Positions 8,429 to 17,665 of a DNA stretch of 38,057 nucleotides are shown in pieces. The translations under genes and the position numbers were made by a program. The DNA is from a virus (taxonomy: Duplodnaviria; Caudoviricetes). The notes below the pieces were generated by a model. It searched no databases, had not been told where the DNA came from, and was given only the letters and a program-made list of their open reading frames with translations. Each line of letters starts with the position of its first letter. Position 1 is the stretch's first letter. Location: positions 1 to 38,057 of IMG/VR virus record IMGVR_UViG_3300042566_001761; one strand, written 5' to 3'.

Positions 8429-10660
8429 TTATGCGATAGTTATTTGATGACGGTGATCTGAGCTATAAGGAATAGCATTGCTCAACGTGTATATTTTATA
8501 TGCAACTGGAGTTCCTCCTCCATCATTTACATTAAATGTTGAAAGAACATAGTTTGCTGTGATATTTGCATTTAGCGCATCTAAGTCTAATACTTCTACT
8601 AAAGACATTGTTGCTGGAACAGCCACTGTAAAAATTTTATCAGTTGCACCAGTATTTAAGATAAAGGTATTTCCAGCATCAGTAAATCTCCTATTTGCAA
8701 GGGCTCTAACTCCAGCTGAATTAGTTGGTGCTGTCGCACTAGGTCCATAGAATACCACGTATTTGTAAGTTATGTTATATGAAGCAGTTGCAGTTGTATA
8801 AGAATCTGTAACTGAAACTCGATAAGTTGCACTAGTTGCAGAAGAGGTAATTGAAGTATCTGTAAAATTCGTAAAGCTTCCGCCAGCCGCGGCCAATGTA
8901 CCCGCTGTCCCAATATTTGTGTATGCTCCACCATTAAATGAAACTGCATATTGGAATCCACTAATCGGAACGTTAACTCGGTTTCTAGAAGCAGATCCTT
9001 GCAAAACTGAACTTGTATTTCCTCGCTCCCTTACTTGATTAGATTCGATATTTAGAGCTAGTGTTGAAGCTGGCGCACTAAATGAGATACTTGGTGATTG
9101 ATATGATTGTGGTGTAATTGTCCAAGTCGCAGTAGCAGTCGCGCTAGCACTATCTGTTACAATATATTGATAATTGAAAGGTTGAGTATTAAAAGCAGTG
9201 TCAGTTAGAGAATGTGTATAGGTTGAAGCATTAACATCTGACATTAACGTTGTCCAAGCTCCTGAGCCATTGCGCCTCCACTGTAAAACTGCGGTTGCTG
9301 CATTTGCTCCAAGAGTATTAATAGTTTTTGAAAAATTTAAAACATTTACAATTGGGAGTTGATTAAACAAAATGCTCGTAGGGGAACTTAGAGACACGGT
9401 AGGAGCAATTGGTTCCTGTGCAATAAGGTTAAACACCTCTTCAGCAGTTTTACCCGCTGCGGGAATGGTTTCACCACTATTGTATCGACCTACGCTTTTA
9501 CCAAATGGTAAACTTACAACAATATCTGCATCAAAAGTAGGTGGAGCAATCGGTCTTACAAAAACTGTTACTTTATCACTAGATGGATCAGCAACTGCAA
9601 GAATAGATGAACTTAAGTTAGAAGGACCTTCCTTGAAATCAAGCTGTTCCATTTTAGTTAAGCTTGTTGCAGGATCAGTTGATGCAATATCTGTTCCGTT
9701 ATTACTTACAGTAAATGCTGAAACTGAATTAAGTGCTTCCGCATCAATTGCAATTGAAACTTGCTTGGTGGTTGGATTAAAATTAACATTAACTCCACCT
9801 TCTCCAGCAATTCTGATTGTATCATTTATTGAAGCCGCTTCAAATTGAATTGCTCCGCTTGCGCTTGCAATTTTAGAAAATCCAGGAGTTTGAACAGGTG
9901 AGTTAATTGTGACTTTATTAGTTGCATTATTAAATGAAACTGTTGTATCACCAGTACCTTCAATTCTAAATGTACTTTGAGGGCCTGCTGCTGTTAATTG
10001 AACATTACCTAGAGCATTTGCAATTTGGCTAAATGAATTAGTAGTTGCATTTGCTGAACTAATTATGACTCTCTTATTTACTGAGTCTAACGTTACTGTA
10101 GTACCGCCTTGTCCTTCAAATCCTAATGTATCAGTTGCATTACTTGCTCCAAATATTACAGTTCCCTGTGCATTGGCAATTCCAGTGAAAGCTGTTCCAA
10201 CTGGACCCGATGCAGCTTGGCCGCTTGATAATTTAACCCAGCCATTGTCATCAGTATAACCATAGAAACCCTCTCCAGCTGGAGCGGTATCGTTTGCATA
10301 GATAACATCTCCGACTATACCCGCAATTGCAAGTTTTCCAGTGTTATCTTGAAGTCTAAGTAATGGAGTTTGAAAAAGATTGGCAAGGGCAGATTGGGTC
10401 GTAAGAACTCCATCTGCATCGACTTGCATTTTAATTGAACCGTTTTGTACAACTTTAAATGATGTATTAACAGTAACTGTCGTTGCCGCAATTTGATTAA
10501 CCGAAATATTATTATTGGTTTCGTCAAATGAAATTGCAGTTAAGAACGCCTGGATGGCTGCCTGTAAGTTATCAAAATTCTGGTTAGACGTCGATATACT
10601 CGAGCTTAAACTTGAATCAGATAAATCCGTAATGTTTGTTAAATTAGAATAGACTCCCAT
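8429..10660 (-). CDS. Tail fibre/appendage protein with internal repeats and Ig-like C-terminal half (743 aa)
   Basis: N-terminal SNQNFDNL anchor-like motif; three ~51-aa repeats (aa 157-305); S/T-rich beta-sandwich segments (YQYIVTDS, YRVSVTDS). Confidence 0.7.
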   Translation of the reverse strand: MGVYSNLTNITDLSDSSLSSSISTSNQNFDNLQAAIQAFLTAISFDETNNNISVNQIAATTVTVNTSFKVVQNGSIKMQVDADGVLTTQSALANLFQTPLLRLQDNTGKLAIAGIVGDVIYANDTAPAGEGFYGYTDDNGWVKLSSGQAASGPVGTAFTGIANAQGTVIFGASNATDTLGFEGQGGTTVTLDSVNKRVIISSANATTNSFSQIANALGNVQLTAAGPQSTFRIEGTGDTTVSFNNATNKVTINSPVQTPGFSKIASASGAIQFEAASINDTIRIAGEGGVNVNFNPTTKQVSIAIDAEALNSVSAFTVSNNGTDIASTDPATSLTKMEQLDFKEGPSNLSSSILAVADPSSDKVTVFVRPIAPPTFDADIVVSLPFGKSVGRYNSGETIPAAGKTAEEVFNLIAQEPIAPTVSLSSPTSILFNQLPIVNVLNFSKTINTLGANAATAVLQWRRNGSGAWTTLMSDVNASTYTHSLTDTAFNTQPFNYQYIVTDSASATATATWTITPQSYQSPSISFSAPASTLALNIESNQVRERGNTSSVLQGSASRNRVNVPISGFQYAVSFNGGAYTNIGTAGTLAAAGGSFTNFTDTSITSSATSATYRVSVTDSYTTATASYNITYKYVVFYGPSATAPTNSAGVRALANRRFTDAGNTFILNTGATDKIFTVAVPATMSLVEVLDLDALNANITANYVLSTFNVNDGGGTPVAYKIYTLSNAIPYSSDHRHQITIA
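9746..10192 (-). repeat. Three ~51-aa protein repeats (F..IA.A.G.....A....T....G.G...V......K.V.I)
   Basis: AFTGIANAQG..., SFSQIANALG... and GFSKIASASG... at aa 157, 209 and 260 of the 743-aa ORF. Confidence 0.85.
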
Positions 10661-10674
10661 CTATGCCCAGTTTG

Positions 10675-10702
10675 TTTTTGTTATTTATTAACCAGAACTG
10701 GC
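10675..10702 (-). promoter_or_regulatory. Extended late promoter TAATAAATAACAAAAA with upstream palindrome GCCAGTTCTGG
   Basis: 16-mer identical to those at 30693..30708 and 36893..36908; core box 21 nt upstream of the ATG at 10660. Confidence 0.75.
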
Positions 10703-10707
10703 TTTGC

Positions 10708-12018
10708 TTAAAGAGCGATCTCAGTCTTAGAATCTTTGGTTGCGTGATACGCAAGTGGTGAACCAACAACTAGACACTCTGTTAGATTTGCAGAAACTTG
10801 CATATCTGATCGACCTTTAATTGTTGATTGCTGGATTGTATTTATGCCGGATTGGTTAAAATTACAGTTAGAAAGATTTGAGTATCTAATGTCATTTTTA
10901 TCAAAAATTGTACACTCTAATAACCTAGAACTTCTAACTTTACAGTTAAGTAAAGTACATTCAGAAATCTCAGCCTGGATAAATGAATCAATAAAAACAA
11001 TACCCGATAAGTTAAAGCCATTTTTGATACGACCCTCTAAAACTTCAAGTTGAGAGGTTTCTGAATTATAGTTAACCTTTCCTCTAACTAAACCGCCATA
11101 TGTTACTAAATCAAATAGTTTTTCTCTAACTAGATTAAATTTAGCGGATAGAATTTCTGGCCTAGAGTCTAGATCCATTGACAATGTTATCAGTGGATAT
11201 TTAGTCTCAAACGTTGAATAAGTTTTTAACCCTGTTAAGTGTTCTTTTTGTTCAGTTAAAATCTGTTTAATTTTCTCACGATCTTTATCTGAATAAACTG
11301 AATTTGATTTTAGGGTTGAAAATAGGGATTCAATAACTAAATTTAAAAGTTCAACTGCTTGAGCTGACTTCTTTTCATAATCCTTACCGCCAATATACTT
11401 AACAGTTACAAAACCTTCACTAATTCTATCAAAATTGATACCGAACTGTTTTGATCTTGGAAAGCTAAATTCCATTTGCGAAGAATAACTTCCAGACGGA
11501 ACAGTTGCCTCAGCAATAAATTTATTTTTTGGGTATATTAAATTTATAGAGTGCTTAAATATTTTACTAGATCTAATTTCTTGAGGCCATAGTTCAAATG
11601 CTTTAGCTTCATTAAAATTAAGTAAAAATTTAAACTTATTTAGTTGAGGAATTCTTGCACCCTCATTCATTTTTGAAAATCCTAAATCAATTTTAACTTT
11701 ACATAATTCATTGGTATAGCCATTTTCTTCAATAAATTTAAATGACTTAAGTAGAGCATTAACGCCTTCGTAATAGTATACTGGGCCAATTGTCATGCGC
11801 TTCATTTTAAAACCGTTATTGTAGAGATTAGTTAATCTTGCTCCATTTTCTTTTACTGGTTGCCAGGCATCTCTGGTTGCACCAACTTCTACTTCTCTAT
11901 GTAGAGTCAACTGGGCTTTTTCTGCAAGTTGTTGAATTGATTTGTTTGAAAAGAAATCAACCGTAAGCACAAACTGTGCAGATTCAACATGTTCTCTATT
12001 TTTAATGTCTAAAATCAT
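10708..12018 (-). CDS. Amidoligase (COOH-NH2 ligase)-fold protein, apparently inactive, with C-terminal beta-helix/pentapeptide-like repeats (436 aa)
   Basis: Order and spacing of LTVDFFS / RMTIGP / GYTNELCKVKIDL / KQFGINF / FVTVKYIGG parallel the Amidoligase_2 motifs GxExE / ExxSP / TNxSCGxHxH / KYxxxN / ExR. C-terminus shows 5-residue periodicity (ISECTLLNCKVRSSRLLECTI). Confidence 0.55.
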   Translation of the reverse strand: MILDIKNREHVESAQFVLTVDFFSNKSIQQLAEKAQLTLHREVEVGATRDAWQPVKENGARLTNLYNNGFKMKRMTIGPVYYYEGVNALLKSFKFIEENGYTNELCKVKIDLGFSKMNEGARIPQLNKFKFLLNFNEAKAFELWPQEIRSSKIFKHSINLIYPKNKFIAEATVPSGSYSSQMEFSFPRSKQFGINFDRISEGFVTVKYIGGKDYEKKSAQAVELLNLVIESLFSTLKSNSVYSDKDREKIKQILTEQKEHLTGLKTYSTFETKYPLITLSMDLDSRPEILSAKFNLVREKLFDLVTYGGLVRGKVNYNSETSQLEVLEGRIKNGFNLSGIVFIDSFIQAEISECTLLNCKVRSSRLLECTIFDKNDIRYSNLSNCNFNQSGINTIQQSTIKGRSDMQVSANLTECLVVGSPLAYHATKDSKTEIAL

Positions 12019-12028
12019 AAAATATTTA

Positions 12029-14092
12029 TTATCTGTTTATACCAATATATGGAATATTTAATCTTGGACGGCAGTTATCAATTATTCTTAGAATTGACTC
12101 ATCCTTAATGAATAATTGGCTGATTACAAAGTCATGGTCTTCCTCTTGAACCATTGTATTAAAAATTCTAATATTTGCAATATCAATTGGCGAAGAAACT
12201 AATCTAAAGTTTTCACTAATTGAAAAATTAAATGAACTTGCTCCAGTTAAGGTCTTTGCAGAATTGTGAAGTTGAGTAATTGAATTAAAGTTATTTACGT
12301 TAGCAGGATCCTGTGTAAATCCATAAATAGTTAGGGCAGCTTGATTAAATTGACTTGAAATTGGAACAAAGACTGCATACCATTTATCGATCTCCAATCT
12401 AACTTGATTAAATTGGGTTAACGTTGAATTTATTTCTAGTCGAATTGTTACATTTTTATCAGTTGAGTTATTAATTGTACTAATACTTCCATCTAGTTTT
12501 AAACCCTTTGAAGTACCATTATCATAGGCATCAATAAAACTAATTGAATCAGTTAAGGCATTAATTTTAACTAGGGCAAAAAACGTCATATTGGATTCAG
12601 TATCTCCAAGTTTTCCAATTTCATTATAGACAACTCCATAATCTCTAGTTAAGATATGAACATGACCATTTGTATCTTCTTCAAATGCCAATTGACTTGG
12701 CGTAAAGAAATTTGAATCCGCATATCTATCAATTTTAATATAACGGCCTAGTAGTGGATCATTTGAATTATAGGGTCCTCTAATTTTAATTGGCGCGCCG
12801 TTACTTAAATCATAAGTAGTTAGTTTATAACCAGCCCATAACGCAAATAACTCAGATTCTTCGTATGCGATTAATGTAAATTTAGTTGCAGGATCTTCGT
12901 ATTTAACTGAAGTCTTTGTAAAGTTTGTAGTGGCTGGTGTAACTTTAATTGGTACACTTGGAACACTTTTACTTTCATAATAATACTGAATTAGTGGAGA
13001 GTAGTTATAAGTTAGAGCCAATTGCTTGATTTTAAGATCTGGATGTAGAGCCTTACGAGTTTCATCAAATCTGGTCGAAATTGTTTTAAATTGCTGAGGC
13101 ATTGTTGCATCTTTAACTTCATCAATCATTTGATCTGCAAATAATTCATCGGTACTTGTAATAATATTATCTAAGAATGTACGGTCCTCCGCTTTCATCA
13201 TCATATCAATATTAGGCTGGAATTTAACTAATTGAATTTTCCAATAAACTGGCTCCTGCATAATTCCACGATACAGATACGTACCCTGAATTTCATACAT
13301 ACGGTTAGTTAGTGGAAAATAGAGGAAATCTTTTTTGCGAGGATGCGACGTTGCACCAAAGATAGTTTGGAAATATTCGTGATCGATATGGATCTCGAAT
13401 GGCATTTCAAAATCAACACCAAATTCTGCGTATGTAGGCTTATTATCTGGAAATTTATTTCCGGGTACAAGGACCTTAGCGCACTTTCGGCTAACAGTTT
13501 TGAATAGAGTCCACTCTTTGAAAACATAGTCTGCAGAGTCTCTATCTGGTTCCGTTTTAAAATAAACAACTTCATGTCCAAATAATTTGTTAGTATTGAA
13601 ACTTAACTGTTTAAAAATATTTACAGCCTGGTCTGCCGCATAAGGATTAAACGACATGGTACCAGTTGAAATAAGAGCCGGACAAACCTCATCACTACAA
13701 GTAATACTTGGTGTAAATAGGCTTGGTACAGAATCTGCTGCAACAATTTTAAACTTTATTTCATTTACAACAATTGGATTTGCGAGTTGGTCCCTAGTAG
13801 TATTATTGTATTCATACTTTAATTCAACAAATAAATCCGAATTGTTAAAAGCGAGTGCTGTAATATCCGCAATATCATACCAAAGTGACCAGTTTCCACG
13901 GTCTACCGAATATCTAAACTTTTTGCTTAAATAGTTTTGGTTATTGCCGTTTAGATCAACATCATCAGTAAAACTAGTAATTGAATAGGCGCCTGGTAAA
14001 GGATCCTTTGTTGAAAATAATCGATAGTTACTGCTGAATGTCAGACTTGACTTGGAAGTCTCTGGAATAAGCTTTAGGGTAATTGTCTGCAT
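12029..14092 (-). CDS. T4 gp14-like neck (head completion) protein with N-terminal extension and C-terminal LamG-like domain (687 aa)
   Basis: aa ~148-292: FNPY, FGHEVVYF, DYVFKE, FGVDFEMPFEIHID, PRKKDFLYFPLTNRMYEI and WKIQLVKF align with T4 gp14 LNPY, GVECYY, DLIFGE, FGMQVQDEVTLSIN and PKEGDLIYFPMDNSLFEI. C-terminal MTFFALVK...KWYAVFV...IANIRIFN is LamG-like. Confidence 0.78.
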   Translation of the reverse strand: MQTITLKLIPETSKSSLTFSSNYRLFSTKDPLPGAYSITSFTDDVDLNGNNQNYLSKKFRYSVDRGNWSLWYDIADITALAFNNSDLFVELKYEYNNTTRDQLANPIVVNEIKFKIVAADSVPSLFTPSITCSDEVCPALISTGTMSFNPYAADQAVNIFKQLSFNTNKLFGHEVVYFKTEPDRDSADYVFKEWTLFKTVSRKCAKVLVPGNKFPDNKPTYAEFGVDFEMPFEIHIDHEYFQTIFGATSHPRKKDFLYFPLTNRMYEIQGTYLYRGIMQEPVYWKIQLVKFQPNIDMMMKAEDRTFLDNIITSTDELFADQMIDEVKDATMPQQFKTISTRFDETRKALHPDLKIKQLALTYNYSPLIQYYYESKSVPSVPIKVTPATTNFTKTSVKYEDPATKFTLIAYEESELFALWAGYKLTTYDLSNGAPIKIRGPYNSNDPLLGRYIKIDRYADSNFFTPSQLAFEEDTNGHVHILTRDYGVVYNEIGKLGDTESNMTFFALVKINALTDSISFIDAYDNGTSKGLKLDGSISTINNSTDKNVTIRLEINSTLTQFNQVRLEIDKWYAVFVPISSQFNQAALTIYGFTQDPANVNNFNSITQLHNSAKTLTGASSFNFSISENFRLVSSPIDIANIRIFNTMVQEEDHDFVISQLFIKDESILRIIDNCRPRLNIPYIGINR

Positions 14093-14112
14093 TACAGATG
14101 GCGCTTTCTTTT

Positions 14113-14130
14113 TATTTATCCAAGTTTGGC
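14113..14130 (-). promoter_or_regulatory. Late promoter box ATAAATA with abutting palindrome GCCAAACTTGG
   Basis: Box 20 nt upstream of the ATG at 14092. Confidence 0.7.
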
Positions 14131-14146
14131 CCGGCCGCTAACTTAA

Positions 14147-14153
14147 ATAAATA
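14147..14153 (+). promoter_or_regulatory. Putative late promoter box ATAAATA (divergent)
   Basis: 19 nt upstream of the ATG at 14173. Confidence 0.6.
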
Positions 14154-14172
14154 TCAATAAAGATCCGGCACC

Positions 14173-14973
14173 ATGAAGTCTAACCTGAATGTGCCAGTCC
14201 TGGATCCACTATGGCTGGCAAACTCTAAATATGTGGATCTCGAATACTATAATTATGTTTTGCTCGACGCTAAACAAAAGTATCTCGCAGATCTTAAGTC
14301 GGGATCTTTTTCTAGATTCCATGAAATCCTATTTCATTATCTAAATTTAAACACAGTAATTGTCGATAAAGGCGTGTATGATTCTTCATATAACTTTAAA
14401 AAGGACGATCGCCATGTTATGGAAATTATTGCCTCATTAACCAGAAGCAGAGAAGAATTTGGTGGAGAAATCCTAAGAATGGGGTCTACAATTCTTGCAG
14501 AAACCCTTACAGAATATTTAGATATTATGCTGGACAAAATGGCATATACTAGACTCTATTTTAACTCAGCTAAACTCCATAAACTGGATTCAATTTATGT
14601 TGCCACTACACAAAATAGGGCTAAATTAAATCATATTTGGAAAGTCGCTAAAGATAAAGAGGTCCCATTTATGATTAGTCACGAACACCAACTAGAAATT
14701 AATGAGTTTTCTTGTGAAGATGGCGAATTTGATGAACTTCTAAGTCAAGTTAAACCTGAAATTAAGGACTTTTCGGCTAAGAAAAATGTAATGGTAATAT
14801 CTTCGGTTAAGAAAATAAAGGATGATCGACTGTTTGAGCTAGCACTAGCCACGGTTGTTGCCAATAAGCTTCTGAATCACTCCAGTGGCTTTAATTCTAA
14901 TATCTTATTGGATATTAAGTCTACATTAGAAAGAGGCCAGGTGATCCCCTATAAGCTTAGGTCCCTAACCTAA
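14173..14973 (+). CDS. Hypothetical protein (266 aa), only plus-strand gene
   Basis: Fills the gap between two minus-strand genes without overlap; has its own promoter box; K/E/L-rich globular composition. Confidence 0.85.
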   Translation: MKSNLNVPVLDPLWLANSKYVDLEYYNYVLLDAKQKYLADLKSGSFSRFHEILFHYLNLNTVIVDKGVYDSSYNFKKDDRHVMEIIASLTRSREEFGGEILRMGSTILAETLTEYLDIMLDKMAYTRLYFNSAKLHKLDSIYVATTQNRAKLNHIWKVAKDKEVPFMISHEHQLEINEFSCEDGEFDELLSQVKPEIKDFSAKKNVMVISSVKKIKDDRLFELALATVVANKLLNHSSGFNSNILLDIKSTLERGQVIPYKLRSLT

Positions 14974-16020
14974 TTATTCAAAGTTTTGGAAGTAGTTTCC
15001 ACCACTAGAAGACGGTCCGCTATAGAAACCAGAACCGCCTCCTGAATAAAACGATCCGCCGCCAGTATAGGTAAAGGTTGAACTTGTAATTGGCGCAGTA
15101 TAGCTAAATACTAAGTCAATTTCAGTAATTGTTTGATTGCTAGTAGCAGGTAAAGTTGGTGCAACATTGGAATCAGCTAGAGTTTGGGTAAATGGTAGAG
15201 TTGTGTCAGCAAACCCCATTTGTGGAGATTTTAATTGCCAATATGAAAATGAATATCCAGACGGAAGCGCTGAAGAAACTGATACGTTAACATTTTGACT
15301 ACTGCTAAATGACCTAATGATTTGATTAGAGTTTCCAGATTGAGGAATACCAGCGTTACCGTTTGCCGTAATTGTAATATATGAAGACAATGTACTAGAT
15401 GGAATTGTTACACCACTGGTTCTAATTAAATTTACTTTAAAAATACCACCATAGAAAGTTGCAGCAACTGCCGATGCACCAACCGCTGGCGCATAATTTG
15501 CAGAAATAATTCTCCAAGTATAAGTTTGTGGCGTTGCTAGAGCCCTAGATGTACGTTGACACTGAACGGTTACTGAGTTAATTGGTAAGTTTGCAACAGT
15601 TGTAATTGATGCACTAGTTAAAGGAAGAGCTGATAAGTTTATTACAGTAGTATCATTTCCACCTGATGTAAATTTAACTGGAATAGTTGAACTTTTTTGA
15701 TTAACTAGGACATATGTTCTATGTAAAACGTCTGCAGTTGGAGCAGGCAAAATCATTTCGGTTATTGCGCTAGTCGATCCAGCATATACAGTATAGTGTC
15801 CATTATTTAATTGAAGAGCACCCGTTTTTTCACTTCCAAAATATGCAACACTTGGTAAGCTTAACGACCCATTTAGCATAAAGTGCGAAGTTGGATTAGA
15901 AAGAACTGCATCCATTGTTGCATCTTCATAATAATTAAATTTTCCAGCCGCTACTCTTCCATCTCTGGTTACGGTGAATTTAATTGCTTTAAGTATATTT
16001 GATAAACTTACTGTTTTCAT
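14974..16020 (-). CDS. Virion structural protein with G/S/aromatic-rich C-terminal tail (348 aa)
   Basis: S/T-rich beta composition; ILPAP...RTYVLVN...SVTVQ...WRII module typical of fibre proteins; ends GGGSFYSGGGSGFYSGPSSSGGNYFQNFE. Confidence 0.6.
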   Translation of the reverse strand: MKTVSLSNILKAIKFTVTRDGRVAAGKFNYYEDATMDAVLSNPTSHFMLNGSLSLPSVAYFGSEKTGALQLNNGHYTVYAGSTSAITEMILPAPTADVLHRTYVLVNQKSSTIPVKFTSGGNDTTVINLSALPLTSASITTVANLPINSVTVQCQRTSRALATPQTYTWRIISANYAPAVGASAVAATFYGGIFKVNLIRTSGVTIPSSTLSSYITITANGNAGIPQSGNSNQIIRSFSSSQNVNVSVSSALPSGYSFSYWQLKSPQMGFADTTLPFTQTLADSNVAPTLPATSNQTITEIDLVFSYTAPITSSTFTYTGGGSFYSGGGSGFYSGPSSSGGNYFQNFE

Positions 16021-16034
16021 TGCTTATGTGTATT

Positions 16035-17663
16035 TTATACTGATTCGTTTGTTTGTGATCCAGAGTTAGTATCAGTTAGAGCTGGATCATTTGAGTAAGC
16101 AACAAAGTGCATACTACCATCGCGAGTTGTAATAAAGGCTGAACCCGTTCCAGTTGTTCCAGTTGGATTATCATCTCTGTATGTAAAGTTCATATTACCA
16201 TTATCATCAAAATAAGAATTAAATCCAATATAGCTGGCAAGTTGTGAGGCAATTGCAACATTCGCTGGAATAAGTTCTCCTTGAGTGGTTAATGTAGTTC
16301 TACGTGGCTTAAATAATTCAGTAAGGCCAGAACCAGATGTCGGCAAGCTGCTTTTAGTCATTGAACCAATATTAACTTGGTCAGCTAAATATCTAGTATC
16401 AGAAACGCTATCGGTTGTACTTTTGGTTCCATATACAGTAACTGATGAATTTGGTGATCCACCGAAACCTACGGCAGTTGTTTTATCATTTAGACCAAAT
16501 CTTTTTGCAACAACCTTTTTAGTGTCATTAAGAGTTGATCCAAATACTCCAATTGAAATATCTCCAGTCGCACAAATATCAAATGCGGCCTTTGTAATAA
16601 TATATGATATATTTGAAGAATTTATACCAAATGCCAATCTAGTTTTCGAAGAAGCGGTAGCTCTTTCGACTAATAATCCATTTAAATCAAAGATTGCATC
16701 ATTATCTGCAAAGCTTTTAATTGCTGAAGAACCTCCAGTGTAGAGAGTAACTCCATTGTGTGCAGAACCATCCATTTGGGAAGCTCTAAACTTAAATGCT
16801 GAAGTTGCGCCATTTACCGAATTTGAATAAGATGAATCACCACCTGCATTAAATTCAGATAAGAAGTATGCAACAGATGGGCTTGCTGTTGTATTATTAA
16901 TTAGTGCGTGTTTAATTCTAAGGTTATTCTCAGCAGCACTCATTTGGTGTTGGCCGTTTGGTAACTTATACAAAGAACCTAATTGAATATGATATCTACT
17001 TGCAGATTCGTCTGAAGTTGTTACAAAATTAGAATAAATTGTGGTAATTGCCTTGCTAACATCTCCAATCAGAGCATCTACACTGCTATTTGCAACAAAA
17101 TTGTTTTTATAAACATCTAAATCAAAGTTATTTAAAAATAAAGTTGAATTGTTGTAAGTAGAAGAAGAACCTCCATAATTAATTCCATCTGGATTAGTAT
17201 CAGCCAAGTCTGCGCCGGCATTTTTAAGAAATCTAACTATTCCATAATTCTTTTTCTTGGTACTTGCTGTAAAATTGGAGTCATTATCATTAATTGTAAA
17301 TAATTGCTTATTTAAGAAGAATTCAGTCGATACTGCTAATAGGTCTTGTACATTAAATATTTGAGACCATGCATTAGTGGTTCTTGTATAAAATTTACCG
17401 CCAGTCGTAATAAAGATATCATCAATTACTGCAGTGGTATTTGTAGTTTGGTCTTGTCCACTAAATATTCTAGAACCCTTTACTCCTCTTGGTCCAATTG
17501 GACCAGCTGGGCCAACTCCGCCAGTTGCACCTGCAGGACCAGTTGGTCCAGCTGCGCCAATGCCTAGCTCGATTAACTTAGTAAAGTTAAAATTCAGTTT
17601 GTCTGCCAATACGGCTTGGTTATCTGTTGTAAAAACCTCTTTAAGATTTAGTTGTACTGGCAT
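16035..17663 (-). CDS. Collagen-triplet fibre protein (542 aa)
   Basis: N-terminal DKLNFNFTKL anchor-like motif, then 10 Gly-X-Y triplets (aa 36-65). Confidence 0.75.
   Translation of the reverse strand: MPVQLNLKEVFTTDNQAVLADKLNFNFTKLIELGIGAAGPTGPAGATGGVGPAGPIGPRGVKGSRIFSGQDQTTNTTAVIDDIFITTGGKFYTRTTNAWSQIFNVQDLLAVSTEFFLNKQLFTINDNDSNFTASTKKKNYGIVRFLKNAGADLADTNPDGINYGGSSSTYNNSTLFLNNFDLDVYKNNFVANSSVDALIGDVSKAITTIYSNFVTTSDESASRYHIQLGSLYKLPNGQHQMSAAENNLRIKHALINNTTASPSVAYFLSEFNAGGDSSYSNSVNGATSAFKFRASQMDGSAHNGVTLYTGGSSAIKSFADNDAIFDLNGLLVERATASSKTRLAFGINSSNISYIITKAAFDICATGDISIGVFGSTLNDTKKVVAKRFGLNDKTTAVGFGGSPNSSVTVYGTKSTTDSVSDTRYLADQVNIGSMTKSSLPTSGSGLTELFKPRRTTLTTQGELIPANVAIASQLASYIGFNSYFDDNGNMNFTYRDDNPTGTTGTGSAFITTRDGSMHFVAYSNDPALTDTNSGSQTNESV
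17469..17558 (-). repeat. Collagen-like (Gly-X-Y)10
   Basis: GAA GPT GPA GAT GGV GPA GPI GPR GVK GSR. Confidence 0.9.
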
Positions 17664-17665
17664 TT

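Noticed and set aside
12023-12029. ATAAATA before the amidoligase-like gene
   Set aside because: Only 4 nt from the ATG and built from the upstream stop codon; spacing unlike the other boxes.
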